40,511 bases of DNA from Parcubacteria group bacterium GW2011_GWF2_45_11 (GTDB lineage Bacteria; Patescibacteriota; Patescibacteriia; UBA1558; UBA10009): the NCBI GenBank assembly GCA_001001205.1, contig LCKE01000002.1, forward strand, positions 1 through 40,511, in the 5' to 3' direction. Each line of letters begins with the position of its first letter. Position 1 is the stretch's first letter. The notes under the pieces are model-generated. The model did not search any database and had not been told where the DNA came from. It worked only from the letters and a program-made list of their open reading frames with translations. Positions 1-9,289 of the stretch are shown here, one piece after another. A program made the position numbers and the translations under genes.

Positions 1-160
1 ATAATTCCATGATCTCAAACTGGTTGATTTCGGCACAATCGTGAAGAAGCTGGTTTAAACGTTCTTTAATTAAGCCCTCAAGCACCCTTTTGCGGTATTT
101 GGGTATCCAAACGAAGTGATATTGGATGTCGTAAGTGGCGTTGCAAGTCTTTTTTCTCAT
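1..160 (-). CDS. tnpA: IS200/IS605-family Y1 transposase TnpA, N-terminal part (runs off the window edge)
   Basis: Manual translation from ATG at 160: MRKKTCNATYDIQYHFVWIPKYRKRVLEGLIKERLNQLLHDCAEINQFEIMEL. YHFVWxPKYR is the Y1 transposase N-terminal motif. Not in the ORF track. Confidence 0.9.
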   Translation of the reverse strand, partial: MRKKTCNATYDIQYHFVWIPKYRKRVLEGLIKERLNQLLHDCAEINQFEIMEL

Positions 161-201
161 GACTACATCCTATCATATTGCTCGCTTCGCTCGCAAAAGG
201 T

Positions 202-245
202 GTCGCATTCATCTCCAGCCTTAAAAGGCTGGAGTATTCTGCGAC
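202..245. mobile_element. IS200/IS605 subterminal hairpin (left end of the tnpA element)
   Basis: GTCGCA..CTCCAGCC-TTAAAA-GGCTGGAG..TGCGAC imperfect palindrome about 40 nt upstream of tnpA. Confidence 0.7.
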
Positions 246-419
246 TTAAATAAATCAGGCATCTTTTTATAAGTTCAAATACCCTCTAGAAAAGGGGGTG
301 GGAAAAGGGCGGTCTTCAAACTATCAAACATTCATTTTTTTAAACTTAAATTAATTTAATTAAAACAACCCAACCCCCCAGTTCTTGGGAATCGGGTTTT
401 TTAATGCTCAAAATTTAAT

Positions 420-698
420 TTATGATTTTAAGGCGTCTTTTAAGGCTTTGCCAGCCTTGAATTTTGGCACCACCACTTCAGGAATGTGAATTTTTTCTGA
501 AGGATTCTGGGGGTTGACGCCCATTCTGGCCGCTCTTTTCCGCGCCGAAAACGTACCAAAGCCGGTCAGAGTTACTTCGCCGCCCCCTTTGATGGTGGCG
601 GTAATAGTCTCTTCCACGGCGTCGAGAATTTCGGTGGTTTGATTTTTGGTTAAGCCGACTTTATTGGCGATCGCCTCGGCTAATTCAGCTTTATTCAT
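420..698 (-). CDS. hup: DNA-binding protein HU
   Basis: MNKAEL..., GFGTFS, RAARMGVNPQ, PKFKAGKALKD. Confidence 0.97.
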   Translation of the reverse strand: MNKAELAEAIANKVGLTKNQTTEILDAVEETITATIKGGGEVTLTGFGTFSARKRAARMGVNPQNPSEKIHIPEVVVPKFKAGKALKDALKS

Positions 699-753
699 AG
701 AGCTTGCCTCCTTATAAGCTATTTTAGGAAAATAGCTGGTTTAATTATCTCCC

Positions 754-1551
754 TTAAATATATACCTTTTGATAAATTTTTTCAATTTTTACCGCCCGCC
801 TTTCAGGTGGCGCCGTTTCAATGAATAAAGCATTAACGTCAACTTCGCCCGTTTCCGGAATTTTAAAAACAATCGGCGAGTCATTTAAGAATTTTTCAAT
901 GATGATTTCTTTCTGGACGCCTAAAACTGATTCCGCCGGTCCCACCATGCCCACGTCGGTAATGTAAGCGGCGCCGGCAGGCAGAATTTTATCGTCAGCC
1001 GTGGGGATGTGCGTATGAGTGCCGATTACGGCGGAAACCCGGCCGTCCAGGTACCAGCCTAGCGCCATTTTTTCCGAAGTGGCCTCGGCGTGCATGTCAA
1101 CAATAATGGCCTGCAGATCGTTGAGATTGTGCTTGGCTAAAATATCGTCCGCCACCCTAAACGGGCATCTTAAATCCGTCTCATTCATAAAGACCCGGCC
1201 TAATAAGTTAATGACCAAAAGGTTCTGGCCGTTAACTTTAATGACGGCATAACCTTGATCAGATAAAGTACGCGGGTCGTTGGCCGGCGTGATCAGGAGG
1301 CTCTGGCTTAATTCAACGGCTTCAGCCACGTCTTCTTTTTTCCAGACATGGTTGCCGGAAGTAAAACAGTCAATGCCGATATTTTTCATTTCCGTCAAAG
1401 TTTTGGCCGTGACGCCCTTACCGTGAGCGATATTTTCCACGTTAGCCAGAATAACATCGGGCTGATATTTATTTTTCAGTTCAGGTAATATTTTAACCAT
1501 GGCCTGGCGGCCGATTTTGGCCACAATATCACCGAAGAAGAGAATTTTCAT
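754..1551 (-). CDS. ymdB: YmdB-like metallophosphoesterase
   Basis: GDIV, NVENIAHG, TSGNHVW, DMHAEATSEK, GTHTH, DVGMVG motifs; directly downstream of rny as in Bacillus. Confidence 0.93.
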   Translation of the reverse strand: MKILFFGDIVAKIGRQAMVKILPELKNKYQPDVILANVENIAHGKGVTAKTLTEMKNIGIDCFTSGNHVWKKEDVAEAVELSQSLLITPANDPRTLSDQGYAVIKVNGQNLLVINLLGRVFMNETDLRCPFRVADDILAKHNLNDLQAIIVDMHAEATSEKMALGWYLDGRVSAVIGTHTHIPTADDKILPAGAAYITDVGMVGPAESVLGVQKEIIIEKFLNDSPIVFKIPETGEVDVNALFIETAPPERRAVKIEKIYQKVYI

Positions 1552-1631
1552 ATTAGGTAATCTGGGGGTAGGCGCTTGGGTCAGTAGTTATCTTAATAAT
1601 CGCAATAATCTGACCTGCCCAGGCTACTTGA

Positions 1632-3158
1632 TTATCTGGCATATTCAGTGATCCGTTTTTCTCTGATGACGTTCACTTTTATTTCGCCGGGGTATTTGAG
1701 CTCCGCTTCTATTTTATCGGCAATATCTCTGGCTAATTTGGTCGCCTGCCAGTCGTCAATTTCGTCGGGCGAAACAAAAACCCTAACTTCGCGTCCAGCC
1801 TGGATGGCAAAGGTTTTTTCCACGCCTTCAAAGGAGTTAGCCAGGGCTTCCAGCTCATCAAGTCTTTGCAGGTAATCTTCATAGCTGTCTTTTCTGGCGC
1901 CCCGCCTGGAACCGGAAATGGCGTCGGCCACTTTAACGATAATGCATTCCAAAGAGCTGGGAGCGTCTTCGTGGTGGCCTAAGGCGATATAAGCCAGTTC
2001 TTCCGGCAGGCCGAATTTTTTAAGAATGTCGTAACCGATTTGCGGGTGACCGCCTTGCACTTCATGGTCAACCGCCTTGCCAATATCATGAAACAGGCCG
2101 CCTTTTTTAGCCAAAGAAACGTCGGCGCCCAGTTCGGCCGCCAGCAAGCCGGAAAGATGAGCCACTTCCAGGGCGTGTTTTAACTGGTTTTGGCCGTAAC
2201 TGGTGCGGTACTTTAAGCGGCCTAAAATTTGAATTAATTTTGGATCCAGTCCGGCGATGCCGATTTCTCTGACGGCGTCTTCGCCAGCCTCTTTAATGTC
2301 TAGCGCCAGCTCCTTTTTAGCTTCCTCCACCGCCTGTTCAATGCGTCCCGGATGAATGCGGCCGTCAGCGATCAGCTTATCCAGGGTCCGTTTGGCCAGA
2401 TGCCTTCTGATGGGAGAAAAGCCGCTGACTAAGATGGCTTCGGGAGTGTCATCCACCACAATTTCCACGCCGGTCAGCTGTTCAATCGTTTTAATGTTTC
2501 TGCCCTCCCGGCCGATAATCCGTCCTTTCATTTCATCGTTCGGCAAATTAACCACCGTGGTGGTGGTTTCGGCGGCGTGGGAAGCGGCACAACGCTGGAT
2601 AACGGTTGAGAGCAAGTTTCTGGTTTTTTCTTCAATGAAATCCGAAGATTCCGCTTCCAGTTTTTTTACCCGTTCAACCAAATCTCCTTTGATTCTCAGT
2701 TCCACATTTTCCAAAAGAACCCTTTTAGCTTCTTCCTGAGTCAAACCGGAAATTTTTTCCAGTTTGGCCAGTTGGGTTTCTTTGATTTTGATGATTTCTT
2801 CTTTAATTTCTTCCGCTTTAGCGATCTTGTCGCGGAGATTTTGTTCTTTGTTTTCCAGCTCTAGCAGTTTTTGATCAAAAGCCGCTTCTCTTTTTTCCAT
2901 CCTGTCCTGCAGGTGCTTGATTTCATTGCGGCGTTCTTCCGTCTCTTTTTTGGCTTCATCTAAAGTAGCCAGAGCTTTGTCTTTGGCTTCCAGCAAAATT
3001 TCTTTTTGCCGGTTTTTGGCCTCACTGATCAGGGCCTCGGCTTTTCTTTCAGCCGAATCAACCTGCCGGACGGCGAATAATTTTCTGAAATAATAACCAA
3101 TAAAACCGCCGATGGCCAATCCGGCGATCAGGATTATAACTAACATGATTCCTTCCAT
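1632..3158 (-). CDS. rny: Ribonuclease Y
   Basis: N-terminal TM helix, coiled coil, KH domain (KGRIIGREGRN), HD domain (HDIGK, ADAISG), C-terminal YPGEIKV. Confidence 0.98.
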   Translation of the reverse strand: MEGIMLVIILIAGLAIGGFIGYYFRKLFAVRQVDSAERKAEALISEAKNRQKEILLEAKDKALATLDEAKKETEERRNEIKHLQDRMEKREAAFDQKLLELENKEQNLRDKIAKAEEIKEEIIKIKETQLAKLEKISGLTQEEAKRVLLENVELRIKGDLVERVKKLEAESSDFIEEKTRNLLSTVIQRCAASHAAETTTTVVNLPNDEMKGRIIGREGRNIKTIEQLTGVEIVVDDTPEAILVSGFSPIRRHLAKRTLDKLIADGRIHPGRIEQAVEEAKKELALDIKEAGEDAVREIGIAGLDPKLIQILGRLKYRTSYGQNQLKHALEVAHLSGLLAAELGADVSLAKKGGLFHDIGKAVDHEVQGGHPQIGYDILKKFGLPEELAYIALGHHEDAPSSLECIIVKVADAISGSRRGARKDSYEDYLQRLDELEALANSFEGVEKTFAIQAGREVRVFVSPDEIDDWQATKLARDIADKIEAELKYPGEIKVNVIREKRITEYAR

Positions 3159-3179
3159 ATTGTTTTTCCTTTATCTTTG

Positions 3180-3372
3180 GAACCGGAATTCAAATTGTGA
3201 GATTAAAAACTGATCTTTAATGTTTTTTAAAGATTTAGCTCAGAAAGACTATTCAAGGTTTGAGTTCTATTTTTACCCACTCTAGGAGAGTAAATTAAGG
3301 TTTAAATAGGAGGAGTATTCTCCGTGCCGTCAGCGGTGATTTTAATCTCGGTCATTCAAAAGTTTCCGGATC
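3180..3372 (-). ncRNA. Structured RNA upstream of rny; 6S RNA candidate or rny leader
   Basis: About 190 nt closed by CCGGAA/UUCCGG and a perfect 10-bp GAGAUUAAAA/UUUUAAUCUC helix, with internal hairpins; has its own sigma70 promoter. Confidence 0.45.
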
Positions 3373-3393
3373 ATTAATTTTTTAAGTGTTTTG

Positions 3394-3422
3394 ATGATAA
3401 CACTAAATTTATTGATTGTCAA
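3394..3422 (-). promoter_or_regulatory. sigma70-type promoter for the structured RNA and rny-ymdB-hup
   Basis: TTGACA-17 nt-TATCAT on the minus strand. Confidence 0.75.
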
Positions 3423-3430
3423 GTGTGTGG

Positions 3431-4099
3431 GGTGTCGCGTAGGTAGGTGTCATGTAGGTAGATTCAACCTTCAAGTGCAACACCTTGATTAAATACTTCT
3501 AATGGGGTTCTCAGAACATTCTACACTTTGCTATGGCGCTGGACTCAAAAAATACCTGTTTTACAAACTCAGAAACTCAGGCCACGTCAAAGAAGAAGCG
3601 ACTAGACATTAGTTTAGGGAGTTTAGACGTTACCGCTAATTTTGAATGGCAAGGTTTAAATGGACGAAGCTTACTTCAATAGTCTTTCTCTGTTGTGAGT
3701 GAAACAAGTAGGGACTAAAAAACTAGCTCATCAAATTATCTATAAAAATTCAATTAATAAAGGTGAAGCGGCTAACTTTTTTACAGTATAATATTGAGCC
3801 TAAAAGTCAGTTGCAAACAAATGGCGCAGGTATTTACAAGAAACTTGAGCAATGGTGGCCGGTAAAGCACAAGGTCGATATTCACAGAAAATTTCAGTTT
3901 AAACTGACTAGCGAGATTGAGGAAATGTTTGGTAATTTAAGGACATTCATCAGAAGAATGTACCATCATACTACCCCTAAATATCTGCCAGAATATGTGA
4001 GTGAATTTTGTATTAGATTTTTCTTACCGGAAATCTTCATTTCACCCAATAATTATTTGGCTAAAACATTATCTCTTGTACCAATTAGGTAGGTATGCC
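3431..4099 (+). pseudogene. Decayed IS1595-family (ISXO2-like) transposase; boundaries approximate
   Basis: Fragment LNGKV*MDEAYF (stop at 3657-3659), a second stop, and a frameshift near 3780 into ORF 3763..4092 with TNG(TDG)..Y..L..H..H..IEEMFG.L..FI.RMYHH...YL..Y..EF..RF. Confidence 0.8.
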
Positions 4100-4139
4100 C
4101 TCGATGGCGATTCGTTTGAGTTTAAGGTATAATGCCAAT

Positions 4140-4736
4140 ATGAGTTATAAAAAACCCATTGAAACAAAGGTGAAAATAGGCAAACTGGATTTTGTGACTG
4201 TTGCTCAAAAAACCGGGGTGGCCGGCGTCACCACCAAACAATTCAGGGATCAGGCAACGGCCGTTCTGCGTCAGGCCGGGTTTAACCCCTCGGATATAAA
4301 GGGCATATTAAACGGTTCCCGGCAGATGGAACACGCTACCTTAAAGAATATTTTTCAGACTTTACATAAGGCAAAAATTACCAGCCGGGGCGGCGGCACG
4401 GTTAAGGAATATGTCACCAAAGAAAAAAATCGTCAGCTGGGCCTGATTAGACTTCACTTAAGGGAAAGGGCCGATGAGAATCAATCGGCAGTTACTGGCG
4501 TCCCAAAGAGTGGCGTTGTGGCAGATCAATCTAAAAATCACCAGCCCGCCTTACCCCAAATATCGTTAGACGGTCCGGGCGGAATTAAAAAGGTTCACGG
4601 GCGACCCGTATCTCAGAATCCCCGGCTCAGCACAACAAAACCTGCTGTATCCGGAAAAATCGCCACGCCCGAAACTGATCAGGAAATCCAGTCTTTATTG
4701 GCTGAGGCGGAAAGCCATGATTTACCCCTAGATTAG
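4140..4736 (+). CDS. Hypothetical basic protein
   Basis: Long ORF. The ATG at 4140 lies 7 nt after TATAAT (4128-4133), so a leaderless start is preferred over 4095. Confidence 0.7.
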   Translation: MSYKKPIETKVKIGKLDFVTVAQKTGVAGVTTKQFRDQATAVLRQAGFNPSDIKGILNGSRQMEHATLKNIFQTLHKAKITSRGGGTVKEYVTKEKNRQLGLIRLHLRERADENQSAVTGVPKSGVVADQSKNHQPALPQISLDGPGGIKKVHGRPVSQNPRLSTTKPAVSGKIATPETDQEIQSLLAEAESHDLPLD

Positions 4737-4771
4737 GCCAAAAAACGGGTTGTTTTTACTCATTTAAAGTC

Positions 4772-4800
4772 TTTACAAGAACTGTTTTTTATGATAAATT
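4772..4800 (+). promoter_or_regulatory. sigma70-type promoter
   Basis: TTTACA-17 nt-(TG)TAAATT upstream of the 4845 CDS. Confidence 0.5.
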
Positions 4801-4844
4801 TAGGTCATATAATCCTAATTTTTTTGTAGTTTTTAATTGAATTT

Positions 4845-5453
4845 ATGATTATTCATTATTTTGGTTTAGGCAGTTTTAGATTGCAAAGCAACGGCCTCTC
4901 CATCCTGCTTGATCCGGCGGATTCCAAAACCGGCATTAAAATGCCCCGCATGCAAAATGATCTGGTGCTTTATAGTCATCAGTCCAAAGATCCAGGGAGT
5001 TTAGAGAAAGCTTTGGTGATAAACTGCCCGGGCGAGTATGAAGCTAAAGGCTGTTTCGTTTACGGCATTCCCGTTAATCACGATGATGCGGGGCGGACGA
5101 TGTTTGTCATTGAAGTTGAAGGCATGCGATTGGCTTATTTGGGGGCTTTCACCCAGGCTCAATTTACCGAAGAGCAGTTGGACCGGCTCGAGGGCGTGGA
5201 CATTTTAATGTTGCCGGTTGGCGGCGGCGAATCTTTAAACAGCGAAAAAGCCGTTGAGCTGGTAAATCAAATTGAACCCAGGGTGGTCATCCCGATGTAT
5301 TATCAAATGCCGGGGTTAAAATTAAAGCTGGATCCGGTGGAAAAATTTAAAAAGGATTCCGCCTATAAATCGGAAACAGTTGATAAATATAAAATTGTTA
5401 AGAAAGATTTGCCTCAGGAAGAAACCAGACTGATAATCATTACTCCGTCTTAA
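4845..5453 (+). CDS. MBL-fold (Lactamase_B_3-like) protein with degenerate metal ligands
   Basis: IHYFG..F.L..LLDP, PGEYE.KG, DILMLPVGG, IEPRVVIPMYY. The usual His ligands are partly replaced (YSHQSKD, AYLGA, PMYY). Confidence 0.8.
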   Translation: MIIHYFGLGSFRLQSNGLSILLDPADSKTGIKMPRMQNDLVLYSHQSKDPGSLEKALVINCPGEYEAKGCFVYGIPVNHDDAGRTMFVIEVEGMRLAYLGAFTQAQFTEEQLDRLEGVDILMLPVGGGESLNSEKAVELVNQIEPRVVIPMYYQMPGLKLKLDPVEKFKKDSAYKSETVDKYKIVKKDLPQEETRLIIITPS

Positions 5454-5458
5454 GTAGT

Positions 5459-6163
5459 ATGCCTCGGCTCACCCCTAAAGAAAAATTTACCATTGGGGCT
5501 TATGTGGCGCTCTTGACCATAGCTATTTTGATTATTTGGGGATTTTTTTTGAAGTATGAATTGAAAGTGGATAAATCTCAAGAGTCAGGCGATACCACCT
5601 GGCGGTCCATTAAAGCCAGTCTGGCGGATTTGCGCCTGGCCAGCGAGGCGGGTTTGGAGGTGTTTAAAAAAAACGTCAGCCTTAATGCCGGCGACAGCCA
5701 GCCAGCTTCAACTTTAGCGGAAAGTTTTGCCTCGTTAGCGCAGTTGGAATTGGCCAAAAAAAGAACTTTGGACTGGCAGAGGTGGTCCGACGACAGCGTG
5801 GATTTTAAATATCCCGCTGACTGGACGGTCGGAACAAGCACTAATCATCTGGTGTTTGATATAGGGTCGACTGTGGACCTAGCGGCGACCATGACCCTGA
5901 GTTTTTTGGAAAATACCGCGGGCTTAACCGCCAGGGAGTGGTGGCAGAGCTCGGGGATTGAGGGTTTGACGGCCTTGCCTTTGGAAAATTTGTGGCTTGA
6001 CGGCCAGCCGGCGGTGAAAATCGTTTTAAGCGATCGTGATCTGGTCTACAGTCCGGCTGGCGGGCAGATGCTGGAAATATCCATCAGCTATTTAAAAAAG
6101 ACCGAAGAATTATCCCAGCAGCTGAATGATTTTATGCTGATTCTAAATTTTTTAAGCGAGTAA
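5459..6163 (+). CDS. Membrane-anchored hypothetical protein with PsbP-like C-terminal domain
   Basis: N-terminal TM helix; W..W.D....FKYP.DW and L.G.PA patterns. Confidence 0.7.
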   Translation: MPRLTPKEKFTIGAYVALLTIAILIIWGFFLKYELKVDKSQESGDTTWRSIKASLADLRLASEAGLEVFKKNVSLNAGDSQPASTLAESFASLAQLELAKKRTLDWQRWSDDSVDFKYPADWTVGTSTNHLVFDIGSTVDLAATMTLSFLENTAGLTAREWWQSSGIEGLTALPLENLWLDGQPAVKIVLSDRDLVYSPAGGQMLEISISYLKKTEELSQQLNDFMLILNFLSE

Positions 6164-6176
6164 TATATTTATATAT

Positions 6177-6272
6177 ATGAAACACAAACATTTGCCGTCA
6201 TTAATTGTTATCGCTTTAAGCGTAGCAAGCTTTGCCGTTCTGGTTTCGGTCTTAGGTTTGTTATTTGCCTAA
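6177..6272 (+). CDS. Small single-TM peptide (31 aa)
   Basis: MKHKHLPSLIVIALSVASFAVLVSVLGLLFA*, 13 nt after the previous stop; below the ORF-track cutoff. Confidence 0.45.
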   Translation: MKHKHLPSLIVIALSVASFAVLVSVLGLLFA

Positions 6273-6467
6273 TGATTGAATTTTTTTGTTTTAATTCGGA
6301 CTATGACTGATTCCGTTCTTTTAGTCTTAAGTGAAAATAATAAGCAAAAAAAGTTTTCTGATCATCACGGTCGCGGCCTGGCTAGCTGACGCCGTTAACC
6401 GTTCAATCCGTGATGCAAGGAGCAGGCAACATTCTTTATTTTAAATTAATCGCCGTTTTTATTAAAT

Positions 6468-9098
6468 ATGAAAAAAAATTCCAAAAGCAAGAAACCAACT
6501 CCAGTGACGCCTAAAAAATCAAGTCCAAAAAACAAGGCGGTTTCGGACAAAAGCCTTTTTAGCAAAGACCAAAAATCCGCAGCTGCGCCGGCGCCCGCGG
6601 CTGTTTCAGCCGTGGCCGTCCCGGTCAAGCCCGGCCAGGCCAAAATTTTTGACAATAACCGCGGACAGATAGAAGTCCAGCCGATTGTTGATGAAATGAA
6701 AAGTTCCTACCTTGATTACGCCATGAGCGTTATCGTGGCCCGGGCTTTGCCAGACGTTAGAGACGGTTTAAAGCCTGTGCATCGGCGTATTTTGTATGCC
6801 ATGTGGAATGTCGGTTTAAAAGCCAACGCCAAATTCCGCAAATCGGCCACGGTCGTCGGCGAGGTCTTGGGCAAATACCATCCCCATGGCGACGCCGCTG
6901 TTTATGATTCCATGGTCAGAATGGCTCAGGATTTTGCCATGCGCTATCCCTTGGTTAACGGTCAGGGCAACTTTGGCTCCATGGACGGCGACCGGGCCGC
7001 GGCCATGAGATATACGGAAGCCAAGCTGGCAAAAATTTCCGAGGAGCTTCTGTTTGATTTGGAAAAAGACACGGTTGATTTTGTGCCTAATTATGACGGT
7101 TCGCAAAAAGAACCTCTGGTCTTGCCGGCCAAGCTCCCGAGCCTGCTCTTAAACGGTTCAGTAGGCATTGCCGTGGGCATGGCCACCAATATTCCGCCGC
7201 ATAACTTAAGCGAATTAATCGACGGCACCATTCATTTAATCGACCATCCCGGCGCGACCGTTGATGATTTGATGCAGTTTATCAAAGGCCCTGATTTTCC
7301 CACCGGCGCCACCGTCTTTGACATTAACGAAATCAAGTCCGCCTACGCCACCGGCAAGGGTGCTATTGTCATCAGGGCTAACGCCGAAATCGTTGAGTCC
7401 AAGGGTGGGACTTTTAAAATCATCGTTTCCGAAATTCCCTACCAGGTCAATAAGTCCGTGTTGTTGGAAAAAATCGCCGAGCTGGTTAAAGACAAAAAAC
7501 TGGACGGCATCCGGGATTTAAGGGATGAGTCCGATAAAGATGGCGTGAGAATCGTGGTGGAGCTTAAAAAAGACGCCTATCCCAAGAAAGTTTTGAACGC
7601 TTTATTCAAGCATACCCAGTTGCAGGACACTTTTCACGTGAATCTGTTGGCCTTAATTGACGGTCTCCAGCCGAAAGTTTTAACCTTAAAGATGGTTTTA
7701 GAGGAATACGTCAAACACCGGCAGGTTGTGGTTTTAAGAAGAACCCAGTTTGATTTGGACAAGGCCAAAGACCGGGCCCATATTTTGGAAGGCCTGGCCA
7801 AGGCTTTGGAGCATATAGACAAAATAATCGCCATGATCAAAAAATCCAAGGATAAAGAGGCGGCCAAGGATAATTTGATCAAGCAGTTTAAGTTTAGTGA
7901 ACGCCAGGCCGTGGCTATTTTGGAAATGAAGCTGCAGCAGCTGGCCAATCTGGAAAGATTACGGGTGGAAGAAGAGCTCAAGGAAAAGAGAAAGTTGATT
8001 AAAGAATTAAGCGAAATCATCAGCAGTTCCAAGAAAGTTTTAACCATCATTAAAGCGGAACTTACGGAGATTAAAGAAAAATACGGCGATGAGCGCAAGA
8101 CTAAAGTGGTCAAGTCGGCCGTGGGTCAGTTTACCACCGAAGATTTGATACCCAACGAACAAAGCATCATCATGTCCACCAAGGACGGCTACATCAAGCG
8201 TTTGCCGACAGATACTTTTAAAGTGCAAAGTCGCGGCGGCAAGGGCGTGATCGGCCAGACCACCAAAGAAGAGGATATGGTAGAGTTTATGTTTTCGGCC
8301 ATGACGCACGCCGATATTATGTTTTTTACCTCGCGCGGCCGCTTATTCCAGCTTAAGGCTTACGAAATTCCGCAAACCACTAGAACCGCCAAGGGACAGG
8401 CGATCGTCAATTTTTTACAGCTGGCGCCCGAAGAAAAGGTTTCGGCCATTTTATCCACTGAAGACATTTCCAATTATAAATATCTGGTGATGGTGACCAG
8501 GCAGGGCTTAATTAAAAAAGTCGCCATTGATAAGTTTCAAAACGTCCGACGCTCGGGTCTGATCGCCATTAAGCTAAAAGACGGCGACGCTTTGCAATGG
8601 GTCAAGCCTTCTACCGGCAAAGATAACGTTGTCCTGGTTTCGGCCCAGGGCCAGGCCATCCGATTTAAAGAGGAAGGCGTCAGGGCCATGGGCCGCGGCG
8701 CCGCCGGGGTGCGCGGTATTAAGTTCAAACAAAAGAGCGACGGCGTGGTCGGCATGGACATTTTGTATCAAGGCAAAGCCGGAACCGACGAACAATTGTT
8801 GGTGGTCATGGTCAACGGTTACGGTAAGCGTACGCCGCTCAAGGAATATAAAGTGCAGGGCCGGGGCGGGACCGGCATTAAAACCGCCACCGTGACCGAT
8901 AAAACCGGCAACATTGAATCAGCTTTTATCGTCAAGGCTAAACTGGCAAACGAGGATCTGATTATCATTTCCGACAAGGGCCAGGTCATCCGACTGCCGT
9001 TAAAGTCAGTCAACGTCATCGGCCGGGCCACCCAGGGCGTGAGATTAATGAGGTTTAAGGAAGCGGGTGATAACGTTGCCTCGGTGACTTTCATTTAA
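6468..9098 (+). CDS. gyrA: DNA gyrase subunit A
   Basis: [29 protein letters not shown], GyrA box QSRGGKG and beta-pinwheel repeats. Confidence 0.98.
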   Translation: MKKNSKSKKPTPVTPKKSSPKNKAVSDKSLFSKDQKSAAAPAPAAVSAVAVPVKPGQAKIFDNNRGQIEVQPIVDEMKSSYLDYAMSVIVARALPDVRDGLKPVHRRILYAMWNVGLKANAKFRKSATVVGEVLGKYHPHGDAAVYDSMVRMAQDFAMRYPLVNGQGNFGSMDGDRAAAMRYTEAKLAKISEELLFDLEKDTVDFVPNYDGSQKEPLVLPAKLPSLLLNGSVGIAVGMATNIPPHNLSELIDGTIHLIDHPGATVDDLMQFIKGPDFPTGATVFDINEIKSAYATGKGAIVIRANAEIVESKGGTFKIIVSEIPYQVNKSVLLEKIAELVKDKKLDGIRDLRDESDKDGVRIVVELKKDAYPKKVLNALFKHTQLQDTFHVNLLALIDGLQPKVLTLKMVLEEYVKHRQVVVLRRTQFDLDKAKDRAHILEGLAKALEHIDKIIAMIKKSKDKEAAKDNLIKQFKFSERQAVAILEMKLQQLANLERLRVEEELKEKRKLIKELSEIISSSKKVLTIIKAELTEIKEKYGDERKTKVVKSAVGQFTTEDLIPNEQSIIMSTKDGYIKRLPTDTFKVQSRGGKGVIGQTTKEEDMVEFMFSAMTHADIMFFTSRGRLFQLKAYEIPQTTRTAKGQAIVNFLQLAPEEKVSAILSTEDISNYKYLVMVTRQGLIKKVAIDKFQNVRRSGLIAIKLKDGDALQWVKPSTGKDNVVLVSAQGQAIRFKEEGVRAMGRGAAGVRGIKFKQKSDGVVGMDILYQGKAGTDEQLLVVMVNGYGKRTPLKEYKVQGRGGTGIKTATVTDKTGNIESAFIVKAKLANEDLIIISDKGQVIRLPLKSVNVIGRATQGVRLMRFKEAGDNVASVTFI

Positions 9099-9117
9099 CT
9101 TAAAGTTTAGGTCAGTC

Positions 9118-9147
9118 AAACAAGGTCCGGCTCCCGGATCTTGTTTT
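9118..9147 (+). terminator. Intrinsic terminator after gyrA
   Basis: AAACAAGGTCCGG-CTC-CCGGATCTTGTTTT hairpin with T tail. Confidence 0.65.
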
Positions 9148-9212
9148 AATTAAAAACCTTTTAATTAAAAACCTTAATTAAAAACCTTAATTAAAAACCT
9201 TAATTAAAAACC
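9146..9212. repeat. 5 copies of the 13-mer TTAATTAAAAACC
   Basis: Copies start at 9146, 9161, 9174, 9187 and 9200. Confidence 0.95.
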
Positions 9213-9289
9213 TTGTCAGCCTGCTGATAACATGCTATGCTGAGGTACTATTATTCATCGTTACCCGTAACTTATAATTTATTACACCT

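Noticed and set aside
6816-9094. Many antisense and alternate-frame ORFs inside gyrA (similarly in rny, glyA, rnj, pcrA and the OppA-like gene)
   Set aside because: Shadow ORFs of well-supported genes, with no independent motifs.
9146-9212. oriC unwinding element
   Set aside because: No DnaA-box cluster seen nearby, and no dnaA or dnaN in the window.
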